A stretch of DNA of 64,000 nt from Thermodesulfobacteriota bacterium (GCA_021604765.1 BQJP01000003.1:14081-78080); one strand, 5' to 3'. Shown: positions 20,622 to 29,667, counted from the stretch's first letter. Notes: generated by a model not told the origin, from the sequence alone. Program-made: numbers and translations.

Positions 20622-21698
20622 CTATGAACTTATAGGAACTCTTTTTCTAATTACATAGAGACTTATAATTCCAAAAAGTCCAATCACTAGTAGCATTGAC
20701 CATAGGTTTAATGTCGGAACAGCTGTAGTATTTATGATTTCTGCAGGTTCTATGAATGTTCCAAAAGCTATTGCACCGCCTCCATCAAGAGGCACTATAT
20801 CAAACAGACTATTATCTGAAGTTTGTATGACGGATACATTTGAAGATCCCGCATTTGCTGTATAAACAAACGCGCCGTCAGGGGTTACTGATATACCCTG
20901 CGGTCCTAAAGCTTCAACTGGCACCGTTTCTATAACCTGGTTAGTAGATGTATCTATCACAGAGACTGTGTTGTCCGTAAAGTTGGTAGCATAAAGCCTG
21001 CTGTCGTCCGGGCTCAATGCAAGGTCTTCTGTTCCTGCTCCAGTATTAATCGTATCAACAATAGAATTAGAGAAAGTGCTGATAACTGATATTGTCTCGC
21101 TTATGAAGTTTGCTACATAAACTGTCGTTCCATCCTTGCTAACGACTACCCCAAAAGGACCATCCTCTGTGTCTATTGTTTTGAACACTGTATTTGTAGT
21201 GGTGTTAACAAAGGACAAAGTAAAATCGTTTCTATTGGTCACATATAAAGTATTTCTATCAGGGCTAACAGCAACGCCAAATGGGAAATTTCCAACCTCT
21301 ATATTAGTTATAATTTCAAAAGTAGACGCATTTATTACAGAGACATTATTATCTCCAGTGTTGGCAACATAGATTAAGTTGCCATCTGGGCTCACTGCGA
21401 TCCCACGAGGCATATTGCCTATATCGATTGTAGCTACCACCTGGTTTGTCTCAGTTTTGATTACTGAAAGTGTTTCATCAAGAAAATTTGATATATATAC
21501 AAAATCGCCATTTGGGCTTATAGAAACTCCCAGTGGCCCTGCTCCTACAGTGATTGTATCCACTACGGTATTTGTAGCTGTATCTATAACATTAACCGTC
21601 CCGTTTGAGAAAGTTCCAACGTAAGCAAAGGGTTCAGCAGATACGGAATATGTGCATATAGTTATTGATATAAATAGAATAGTTCTGAGTAGTCTCAT
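20622..21698 (-). CDS. Secreted YVTN-family beta-propeller repeat protein with an IPTL-CTERM-like C-terminal sorting signal
   Basis: N-terminal signal peptide; about seven 42-aa repeats of the form xVYVANxxxNTVSVIDTxTNxVxxTI; C-terminus VPTLNLWSMLLVIGLFGIISLYVIRKR (motif, TM helix, basic cluster). Confidence 0.75.
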   Translation of the reverse strand: MRLLRTILFISITICTYSVSAEPFAYVGTFSNGTVNVIDTATNTVVDTITVGAGPLGVSISPNGDFVYISNFLDETLSVIKTETNQVVATIDIGNMPRGIAVSPDGNLIYVANTGDNNVSVINASTFEIITNIEVGNFPFGVAVSPDRNTLYVTNRNDFTLSFVNTTTNTVFKTIDTEDGPFGVVVSKDGTTVYVANFISETISVISTFSNSIVDTINTGAGTEDLALSPDDSRLYATNFTDNTVSVIDTSTNQVIETVPVEALGPQGISVTPDGAFVYTANAGSSNVSVIQTSDNSLFDIVPLDGGGAIAFGTFIEPAEIINTTAVPTLNLWSMLLVIGLFGIISLYVIRKRVPISS

Positions 21699-21832
21699 TC
21701 TCGTCCTCCTAAAATAATTGTTTATATGCTATCTAAATTGTTTTAAGAGTACAAACCATCTTAGGCTAGATGTTGGTTAAATTTGTACCCCAAAGTAAGT
21801 TCGTATATTATCAAAAGTGATATAAACGGGAG

Positions 21833-22546
21833 GTGGTTTCTATGATAAATAAAAGGTTTTGGATAATAACAATTGCAATAGTCTTCTTTTCCTTACCAGG
21901 ATATTCGGAGAATACGACTCAGAATAAATCTGCCATCGGCCACAAGATCGCCCAGGCTTACGGCATCGAGCACTTCGATGAGATCCTGGAGCTGGAATAT
22001 ACTTTCAATGCTAAAATCGGAGAAAAAACTATCAGCCGCACCTGGGTGTGGGCGCCAAAAGATAATAAAGTCACCTATATTGAAGATGACGGGACTACTG
22101 AGTTCCTAACTTATAATCGGGAAAATATTTCTGATCAATCAGATTCGATTAAGGAAGTAGACTCAAAGTTCATCAACGATCAATACTGGCTACTTTTCCC
22201 GTTTCACTTGGCTTGGGACGAAGGAATTAGAATAGAAGTTGAAGATGAGAAGATGGATTTGCCGATTGGTAGTGGTATGACTACTAAGGTCCGCGTCACA
22301 TACCCGGACACCGGAGGCTATACTCCGGGAGATGTTTACGAGCTTTATCTGGATGAAAATTATATGCTTCTCGAATGGATTTACCGCCAAGGGGGCTCTG
22401 AGACCCCTACCCGCATATCAACCTGGCAGGATAACACTCAGTTCGGCCCTATTACAATATCCTTAAATCATCTTGGTCCGGATGAAAATTTCAGAGTATG
22501 GTTCACCAATGTCGGGGTAAAACATATAAACACTAAGGAGCAGTAA
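21833..22546 (+). CDS. Secreted hypothetical protein; GC-richer than surrounding genes
   Basis: Signal peptide (MINKRFWIITIAIVFFSLPGYS; probable start at 21842). No recognisable domain. GC content clearly elevated after the signal-peptide codons. Confidence 0.5.
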   Translation: MVSMINKRFWIITIAIVFFSLPGYSENTTQNKSAIGHKIAQAYGIEHFDEILELEYTFNAKIGEKTISRTWVWAPKDNKVTYIEDDGTTEFLTYNRENISDQSDSIKEVDSKFINDQYWLLFPFHLAWDEGIRIEVEDEKMDLPIGSGMTTKVRVTYPDTGGYTPGDVYELYLDENYMLLEWIYRQGGSETPTRISTWQDNTQFGPITISLNHLGPDENFRVWFTNVGVKHINTKEQ

Positions 22547-22606
22547 CGATCTGAATCTCCCAGATGGAGTCGAGTTGCCCCTGTTTTACATTTAACGAGA
22601 TTAATA

Positions 22607-23233
22607 TTAAGATTGGTTTTGTGGCTCTTTTAAGGTTTTTCTTATTGTATCGGTTACATCCTTGACCTGAGAAAAATCACCTGTGGAGCGCTTGACCAGC
22701 AAAGCGCCTTGCAGTGCGCTGAAAAATACACGGGCTATATGTGGCGGTGTGTCGTTAAGATTAAATTCGCCATTTTCAGCGCCTTCACGCAGGATATCTT
22801 CAAGCCAGCGCTGATGGCTCTCGCTAAAACGCTTGACCTCTGCGCGCATTCCTTCGGGAAGTGTCATAATTTCACCCGTTAATGCGCCGAACAAACAAAC
22901 TTTTTCATCCGTTTCTGCAAATTCTAAATATGGTGAAAAATAAAACTCAAGTGCGTCCCAAACAGTTTTTTTAGGATCTGCCTTAATTGCTTCCATTTCG
23001 TCTGCGAAAAATAGTCGATATCGGTGCGCTATTGCCTCTCCCAACTTAGCCTTACTTGAAAAGTGGTGGATTATGCTTGGTTTTTTAATACCCACTCGAT
23101 CGGCTATATCCTGAAAGCTTACGGAGACGTACCCGCGTCTCTGTATCAAATCCTGAGCTGTGTCGAGTATCTGTGTTACCGTATTTGTTGTCATGATTCT
23201 TAATATACAGCTTATAGCGGAGAGTTTCCACAA
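22607..23233 (-). CDS. TetR/AcrR-family transcriptional regulator
   Basis: N-terminal HTH (GYVSVSFQDIADRVGIKKPSIIHHFSSK); the likely start is MTTNTV at about 23194. Confidence 0.85.
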   Translation of the reverse strand: MWKLSAISCILRIMTTNTVTQILDTAQDLIQRRGYVSVSFQDIADRVGIKKPSIIHHFSSKAKLGEAIAHRYRLFFADEMEAIKADPKKTVWDALEFYFSPYLEFAETDEKVCLFGALTGEIMTLPEGMRAEVKRFSESHQRWLEDILREGAENGEFNLNDTPPHIARVFFSALQGALLVKRSTGDFSQVKDVTDTIRKTLKEPQNQS

Positions 23234-23275
23234 TGCTAAGGTGTTTTAGAAAACTCTCCGCTTAAATTGAACTAG

Positions 23276-23947
23276 TTAGTTGCTTAACTGCTCTACAAAC
23301 TCCTGAGAGGTAAGGTTCTTGGAAAATAGTGGATAGCTTCCCTCTACTGTAGTTTTGTGTTTCTCAGAATCTAGCGCTGCGATTGCATCGCTCAGACTGT
23401 AGACTTCATAGCCGTTATCGTAGGCGCTTCTCATTGTGCACTCAACACATGCATCTGAAAGAAATCCTGCTAATACCAAAGTTTTAATACCGCGCTCCTT
23501 AAGTATTTCTCCAAACTCGGGATTAAGGAATGCGTTCATACCGTGCTTTTCTAGAACGACGTCGTTTTCCTTAACATCAAGCCCGTCTGCAGTCTGAGCG
23601 CCCCATGTGCCTTTGATAAAGCCTCCGGTTTCGCCTACTGCAGCAAAAATACCATAAGGGTTTTCTCCAGCCTCAGGATAACCTTCGCTAAATGTGACCA
23701 GTGTATTTATCACCGGAATCCCGCTTTCCCTCGCTGCAGCCACGATGCTGTTCAGTCTTTCCTCTATATTAGCGCCGGTTTCTGTGGATTTTACAGCTTC
23801 GTATAAAACTCCACCTTCCGATAAAAAGTCGTTCTGACCGTCAAGAATTACTAATGCGGTAGTTTTAGGGTCCATAATTTTTCTCCTTATAATTTTTATT
23901 TTAATACCAAACCTTCTAATAACGCACGTTATGTAAGAGCCTACCAT
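23276..23947 (-). CDS. Isochorismatase-family cysteine hydrolase
   Basis: ALVILDGQNDF (catalytic Asp), conserved Lys, GFLSDACV (Cys); likely start MDPKTT at about 23875. Confidence 0.8.
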   Translation of the reverse strand: MVGSYITCVIRRFGIKIKIIRRKIMDPKTTALVILDGQNDFLSEGGVLYEAVKSTETGANIEERLNSIVAAARESGIPVINTLVTFSEGYPEAGENPYGIFAAVGETGGFIKGTWGAQTADGLDVKENDVVLEKHGMNAFLNPEFGEILKERGIKTLVLAGFLSDACVECTMRSAYDNGYEVYSLSDAIAALDSEKHKTTVEGSYPLFSKNLTSQEFVEQLSN

Positions 23948-24096
23948 GCGTTAGGTAGGCTTGTCAATGATAAAATTCGGTTTTTTGTGGAAAAGTATAG
24001 ATAATACTTTGATTACAGCAAGTTATGTTTATATAATGTTGTTATTAGAAAGTCCTGGGTAAAATTTAGGCTGCTTACAATTCACTTAAATAATTA

Positions 24097-24130
24097 CCTT
24101 GTCCTGAACTTGTTTAAATTCAGGACAAGG
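24097..24130 (-). terminator. Perfect 12-bp-stem hairpin (CCTTGTCCTGAA-n10-TTCAGGACAAGG) immediately 3' of the MATE gene; probable intrinsic terminator
   Basis: The inverted repeat is read directly. It lies 8 bp past the MATE stop on the minus strand, followed by an A/T-rich tract (TAATTATTT). Confidence 0.5.
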
Positions 24131-24137
24131 AATCTTT

Positions 24138-25592
24138 CTATACTTTCCTCTGTTTCCAGCGGCCTCTTTTGAATATCACAATCGCGACTAGAGCAATTAG
24201 TGATTCAGCTAAAACTATCGCTATGAATACTCCTTTCTCATTAAATCCTAGAGAGAGAGCAAGTATATAGGCAAGCGGAATTTCAAACAGCCAGAAGCAG
24301 AAGAAATTTATAATTGTAGGGGTTGTTGTATCCCCTGCCCCGTTAAACGCCTGTATCATGACCATGCCGAATGCATAAAACAAGTATCCGTAACTAACAA
24401 ATCGGAGACACTTAGACCCAATAAATACAATTTCCGGATCGGTTGTAAACAGCATGATTAAAGACTCTGAGTAAGCGATAAAGATTACCGCGATAATACC
24501 GAGGAAAATCATGTTCACAGCTGCTGAAACCCAAACGGATTTCTCTGCCCTATCCGGTTTACCCGCTCCTAAGTTCTGTCCGACTAAAGTCGCAGCGGCA
24601 TTGCTCATTCCCCATGAAGGTAGTAGCGAGAAGAAGATAATGCGCACTGCTATTGTATATCCCGCGATAGCTTCACTTCCAAATACAGCCATTATCCTGA
24701 CCAGCCCTATCCAGCTTGAAGTCGCAATAATAAACTGTCCAATTCCTCCTAGTGAAAGCATAAAAACTTTCTTCATCACTTCAAAATCAAATTTGAGATG
24801 ACGTGCTCCAACCCTTATATGCCCGCATGAGTGACCAAGAGTATATAGTTGATAAATTACACCCAATCCTCGTCCAGTTGTTGTCGCTACGGCAGCTCCT
24901 GTTAGTCCAAGCTCCGGGAACGGCCCTAAGCCAAAGATGAGGCAGGGATCGAGAACAATATTGATTCCGTTGGCAAACACTAGAACTCTCATTGCCGTCG
25001 CAGCGTCTCCTGCGCCCCTGAAGACCGCGTTTATAATAAACAGCAGCATAATCACCGCATTCCCGCCGATCATAATTGCGGTGTACATCGATCCTGACTC
25101 GACAATCTCATTTGAGGCGCCCATAAGCCTAAGCAGATCAGGAGCAAAAAATATTCCTAATGCGCTTATTGGAAACGAAATCAATATGCCAAGTACGATC
25201 GATTGTACTCCTGCAATTGCAGCCCCTTCTCTGTTTTTCTCTCCGATACGACGAGCGACTATAGCGGTTGTCGCCATTGATATACCAATACCAAAGGCAT
25301 AAACAATCGTGATCAAAGACTCTGTTATTCCAACCGTTGCTATGGCGTCCGCGCCCAGTTTAGACACAAAAAAGATGTCTACTATGGCAAAAACGGACTC
25401 CATAATCATCTCTAGAACCATTGGAATTGAAAGGAGCAGTATTGCTCTCCCAATGCTTCCCTGTGTGAAGTCCCGGTTAGATCCCGCAAGAGACTCGCGG
25501 ATATCTTTTGCGAGACTTACTAACCAACCCATAATTCCACTTTCGCTTTTTACTGCATTATTTTTAAAATCATTTGTTGAAAATTCACTCAT
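24138..25592 (-). CDS. MATE-family multidrug/sodium efflux transporter
   Basis: 484 aa, 12 predicted TM helices, MATE-type repeats; NorM-like. Confidence 0.85.
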   Translation of the reverse strand: MSEFSTNDFKNNAVKSESGIMGWLVSLAKDIRESLAGSNRDFTQGSIGRAILLLSIPMVLEMIMESVFAIVDIFFVSKLGADAIATVGITESLITIVYAFGIGISMATTAIVARRIGEKNREGAAIAGVQSIVLGILISFPISALGIFFAPDLLRLMGASNEIVESGSMYTAIMIGGNAVIMLLFIINAVFRGAGDAATAMRVLVFANGINIVLDPCLIFGLGPFPELGLTGAAVATTTGRGLGVIYQLYTLGHSCGHIRVGARHLKFDFEVMKKVFMLSLGGIGQFIIATSSWIGLVRIMAVFGSEAIAGYTIAVRIIFFSLLPSWGMSNAAATLVGQNLGAGKPDRAEKSVWVSAAVNMIFLGIIAVIFIAYSESLIMLFTTDPEIVFIGSKCLRFVSYGYLFYAFGMVMIQAFNGAGDTTTPTIINFFCFWLFEIPLAYILALSLGFNEKGVFIAIVLAESLIALVAIVIFKRGRWKQRKV

Positions 25593-25978
25593 TTTTATAG
25601 GTTTCCTGGTGGTACATAAAAAGCTGTTGTCTGCTTTTTATACCACTAGCTTAAAGTTTTATATTAAATTTTGGTCGGGAAATTTTAGGGAGGTGGACTA
25701 ATTCAGGAGCCTTAAAGATTAAATATCTTAAAGGTACTTCTAATTCTGATGTTGATAAGGTTCATTTGGCAACATCTATCAAAACAGCAAACTAGTTCTG
25801 TCCCATTTCCAAGAAGAATCTAACAAAAGTGCTTTTCATATATAATCTCCATCTAATAAATTTTTATAAAGATTGGAATATACTAAAACAGTTTTAAAAA
25901 TATGCAACCTTATTTTTTAACTGTATAAAACCTAGTTTCCTGATCTACGGAAGGAACACCCTATCTGGATTAAATAGC

Positions 25979-26026
25979 TTATTCCCCAAGATCACTCAAA
26001 TACCTATGGACGCTGTTTATTGCCAT
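25979..26026 (-). other. 48-nt remnant, about 80% identical to the 3' end of the TrxR-like gene; encodes MAINSVHRYLSDLGE* from an ATG overlapping the SDR stop
   Basis: Direct comparison of 25979-26026 with 26909-26961. The peptide matches the TrxR-like C-terminus MAINSVHRYLSDLEER in 13 of 15 positions. An 11-nt indel (ATGTTTCTATA) separates the two alignments. Confidence 0.6.
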
Positions 26027-26778
26027 TATAGAAACATGCCGCCTGAAATCTCAATACGCTGACCGGTTATCCACATGCAATCGCCACATAGGATAGTAGC
26101 CACTGCACTGCCAATGTCATCTGGCAATCCAGCTCTACCCTTTGCAGTCTGTGAAGCAATAAATTTATTCATATCCTTGTTATCTCGTACAGCACCACCA
26201 CCAAAATCAGTCTCAATTGCCCCGGGAGCAATAATGTTTACTGAAATTTCCCTTGGCCCAAGCTCTTTAGCCATGTAACGAGTAAGCACTTCCATGCCCC
26301 CTTTCATGCTCGCATATGCAGCAAATCCAGGTAAGGAAAAACGCGCCAAGCCGGATGAAACATTCAATATATGCCCGCCATCTTTTATTAGTCCGATAAG
26401 TTTTTGGTTCAGGAAAAATGGGCCTTTTAAGTTTATGTTCATCACTTGGTCAAATTGCTCTTCACTGGTTTCCATGAAGTCGGCATGAATACCAATGCCT
26501 GCATTGTTAATTAGAAAATCAAAATTTTCTCGCCCCCATTTATTTTTAAGAAGATTGCTAATCTCCGTTGTGAAAGTATCAAAGGAGCCGTGCTGTGAGA
26601 TATCGAGATGTAGAGCAATAGCTTTTCTGCCACTTTTCTCAATTTCATTAACAACTTTTTCGGCTTCACCTTTATTGCTATTATAAGTCAAAATGATGTC
26701 TGTTCCTTTTTTTGCTAAATGAAGAGCCATACTCTTACCAAGGCCTCTGCTAGCTCCTGTTATTAAGGCTATTTTCAT
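26026..26778 (-). CDS. SDR-family oxidoreductase
   Basis: TGASRGLGKSMA Rossmann motif, NNAG, and Y-x3-K catalytic dyad (YASMK). Confidence 0.8.
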   Translation of the reverse strand: MKIALITGASRGLGKSMALHLAKKGTDIILTYNSNKGEAEKVVNEIEKSGRKAIALHLDISQHGSFDTFTTEISNLLKNKWGRENFDFLINNAGIGIHADFMETSEEQFDQVMNINLKGPFFLNQKLIGLIKDGGHILNVSSGLARFSLPGFAAYASMKGGMEVLTRYMAKELGPREISVNIIAPGAIETDFGGGAVRDNKDMNKFIASQTAKGRAGLPDDIGSAVATILCGDCMWITGQRIEISGGMFL

Positions 26779-26908
26779 TGTTATTCTCCCCTATTTATGA
26801 CTTATTATAAATTATACAAACACATGTGGTAGAAACTATAACTTATATAATTACTAGGATTAGATGAAGGTCTTCAATCAACTCTTACTCCATAAGCTGA
26901 ATGTCAGA

Positions 26909-28651
26909 TTATCTCTCTTCTAAGTCACTCAAGTATCTATGAACACTGTTTATCGCCATGCCGCCCTCTCCTACTGCTGAAGTAACTCTTTTTACAGAGT
27001 TGGCTCGTACATCTCCAACAGCAAATATGCCCGGCACGCTTGTTTCAAGCATCATTGGAGGCCTGGTTTCTAAAGGCCAGTTTTTATTATTTACAACATC
27101 ACTCCCTGTGCACACAAAGCCGTTCTCATCCATTCCAACTTCCGTTTCCTTAAGCCACCCGGTGTTTGGTACAGCGCCAATCATAAGAAACACATACTGC
27201 ACATCAAGCTCTCTGGTCTCTCCGCTCTCTCTGTTCTTCCAAACAACCTGTTTTAATCTGTTATCGCCCCTAAGCTCAATAATCTCTGTGCGGGTATGCA
27301 AAGTTATAAAACCAGAAGAATTTATCCTCTCTATCAAATAATCAGACATGCTCGCGGCCAGGCCTCCGCTTCTGACGAGTATGTGTACATGGCTTGCGTA
27401 TTTAGACAAAAACACTGCCGCTTGGCCCGCTGAATTGCCCCCGCCAACGATAATTACTTCCTCATCTTCACAGAGGCTCGCCTCCATTGCTGTGGCTGCA
27501 TAGTAAAGCCCCGCGTTCTCAAAATTCTTTTCTTCTTCAAGTCCGAGATTTCTATAACGAGCGCCCGACGCGATTACTACCGCTCTTGACGTTATCGTTT
27601 CTCCGCTTTCAATATCGAGGGTGAACTGATTGCTGTTTGATGTGATTTTTTCAACTGCTCTGGGCAAGGCTATTTTGGTGCCGAATTTTTGAGCCTGTAT
27701 TTGCGCTCTGCCCGCAAGTGCTTGTCCTGATATCCCTGTCGGAAAACCCAGGTAATTTTCAATTTTTGAGCTTGTGCCCGCCTGCCCGCCTGGGGCTTCT
27801 GTTTCGAGGACTATGGTTCTGAGCCCTTCAGAAGCCGCGTTTAGAGCTGCGGAGAGACCTCCTGGGCCTGCCCCAACCACAGCAACATCGTATGGATATT
27901 GTTGGTCAATCTCCTCAAACAATCCCAGATGCTCAGCGACTTCAAGTGTCGTTGGTTTTTTGAGTACTATTTTTTCGTTATACAATAGTACAGCTGGAAG
28001 GTCATCTCCAGCTACTGTGCAAGTGTTAAGAATTCTTTTGCATTCTTCGCTTTCAAGGTCACTAAGCAATATGACCGGATATCCGTTACGCCTTAAAAAG
28101 CGCTCAATCCTTATGGTTTCTCTCGAATCCCGTGACCCTATAAGAGTTACCGACCCCTGCTCGTGCGAGATTAACCCTACGCGGCGCAAGATAAATGCGC
28201 GCATCACTATTTCACCAATATCAGGCTCTGCTGTTATCAGTTTTCTGAAATTTATCCGGTTAACACGAACCACGTCTCCTTCTTCTCCCATCCTTCCTCC
28301 CACAAGGATCTTCCTGTCGTTGAAGAGATCTACTTCTCCCGTAAATTGTTTCTCTGAGTGAACTGTAAGTACTTTTATACCTTCCTGACGATGTTCATAA
28401 ATCTCAATATTGCCACTAAGAACCACAAAAAAATCTACGGTTTTCTCTCCCCTCTCAAACACTACCGTTCCTTGGTCGAGCTTCTCGGTCACTCCGAAGA
28501 ATTTAACCCGTTCAATTTGTTCATCGCTCAAAGTTGGAAAAGTCTGACTCAACCGGGCATACGGGTCACTTGGGTCAAGTGTATTGCTGTCTGGAATAAG
28601 GTCTTTTGTCACTAAACTGCTCCTTAATTTTATATAAAGAAAGTTTAGCAT
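26909..28651 (-). CDS. Cyclic-nucleotide-binding-domain protein fused to a thioredoxin-reductase-like FAD/NAD(P) flavoprotein that lacks the redox-active CxxC
   Basis: N-terminal cNMP-binding beta-roll (FFGVTEKLDQGTVVFERGEKTVDFFVVLSGNIEIY, FTGEVDLF). The C-terminal TrxR fold has two dinucleotide motifs (VAVVGAGPGG, VIIVGGGNSAG). The position aligned to TrxB's CATC reads AATAMEASLC, so both active-site Cys are absent. Confidence 0.8.
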   Translation of the reverse strand: MLNFLYIKLRSSLVTKDLIPDSNTLDPSDPYARLSQTFPTLSDEQIERVKFFGVTEKLDQGTVVFERGEKTVDFFVVLSGNIEIYEHRQEGIKVLTVHSEKQFTGEVDLFNDRKILVGGRMGEEGDVVRVNRINFRKLITAEPDIGEIVMRAFILRRVGLISHEQGSVTLIGSRDSRETIRIERFLRRNGYPVILLSDLESEECKRILNTCTVAGDDLPAVLLYNEKIVLKKPTTLEVAEHLGLFEEIDQQYPYDVAVVGAGPGGLSAALNAASEGLRTIVLETEAPGGQAGTSSKIENYLGFPTGISGQALAGRAQIQAQKFGTKIALPRAVEKITSNSNQFTLDIESGETITSRAVVIASGARYRNLGLEEEKNFENAGLYYAATAMEASLCEDEEVIIVGGGNSAGQAAVFLSKYASHVHILVRSGGLAASMSDYLIERINSSGFITLHTRTEIIELRGDNRLKQVVWKNRESGETRELDVQYVFLMIGAVPNTGWLKETEVGMDENGFVCTGSDVVNNKNWPLETRPPMMLETSVPGIFAVGDVRANSVKRVTSAVGEGGMAINSVHRYLSDLEER

Positions 28652-28809
28652 TCTTTTTGAGTTACGGTACTCAGAATTGCTAATAAATACATAACATATA
28701 ATGTTCCCGATCGTTTTTGTGTTTCCTATTATATTCCGGGGGTGTTTTGCCGGTTTTTTTATATGGGTGTAATATTTAAAAATACATATAGGACTGGAGG
28801 ATTAGATAG

Positions 28810-29520
28810 ATGAGCGATACCACTACAAAAGATATTAAGGATTACAACTACTGCAATTTCAAAGCAGAATACTACAATTTTTCTGAATTTCAGGGACCAA
28901 AGCCAGGAGAAAAAGCTCTTGATTTCGATGCATTCGGTCTGGATGGAGAGAAAGTAAAACTATCAGATTATTTTGGCACTTGGTTGGTTCTTGAAACAGG
29001 TAGTTTTTCGTGTCCGATGTATGTAGGGAATATCCAAAAGATGAATCAGGTAGCTAAGGAATTTCCGGATGTCCGGTTCCTGGTTCTATATATTAGAGAA
29101 GCTCATCCTGGCTCAAATGTTCCCCTAATCAAATCAATTGAGGAAAAATTACATCACGCGAATAGATTGCCTGGTGAAGAGAATGAGCAAAGAACAATTA
29201 TTGTAGATACGATTGACGGGAATGCGCATAAACTCTATGGTTCTTATCCGGACGCCGTTTATATTATAAACCCTGAAGGAACTGTTGTTTTCAGAAGCGA
29301 CTGGACAATAGCTTCCGAGGTTGAAAAAGTGCTTTCACAAGGCAGAGATGAAATACACAAGCGGGACCATTTCGAGCCGGGCGCGCCATCTATCCCATTG
29401 GCATTCAGGGTCTTAAAACGAGCGGGACTCAATTCGCTTTGGGATTTTGCCTTAGGCCTCCCGAAACTGATGACTATGCACAAGGATGCTAATAAAGCCT
29501 ACGGCAAGCAAGTCAAGTAG
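28810..29520 (+). CDS. Thioredoxin-fold (redoxin / deiodinase-like) protein
   Basis: The ETGSFSCPMY motif in a thioredoxin-fold context resembles the peroxiredoxin/deiodinase active-site region. Divergent from the TrxR-like gene. Confidence 0.5.
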   Translation: MSDTTTKDIKDYNYCNFKAEYYNFSEFQGPKPGEKALDFDAFGLDGEKVKLSDYFGTWLVLETGSFSCPMYVGNIQKMNQVAKEFPDVRFLVLYIREAHPGSNVPLIKSIEEKLHHANRLPGEENEQRTIIVDTIDGNAHKLYGSYPDAVYIINPEGTVVFRSDWTIASEVEKVLSQGRDEIHKRDHFEPGAPSIPLAFRVLKRAGLNSLWDFALGLPKLMTMHKDANKAYGKQVK

Positions 29521-29580
29521 TTCATAGATCAATAAAACATATATTGTATTAATAGTATATATTATTGCTCTTGTCATTTT

Positions 29581-29667
29581 GCCAACCTGGTGAACATTCC
29601 TAGCATGAATTGTGTTCTTTTAGTGAAAATAGACCCTGTAAAATGATGCCAGTCTGGTAAACTTCAC
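29581..29667. promoter_or_regulatory. Two copies of an about 20-bp imperfect direct repeat (GCCAaCCTGGTgAACaTTCC / GCCAgTCTGGTaAACtTCAC) upstream of the SDR gene at 29672
   Basis: Read directly; 14-15 of 20 positions identical, centres 67 bp apart, immediately 5' of the start codon. Confidence 0.35.

Noticed and set aside
26909-28651. Bona fide thioredoxin reductase
   Set aside because: The redox-active CxxC is absent in the aligned active-site loop (AATAMEASLC). It is therefore called a TrxR-like flavoprotein rather than TrxB.
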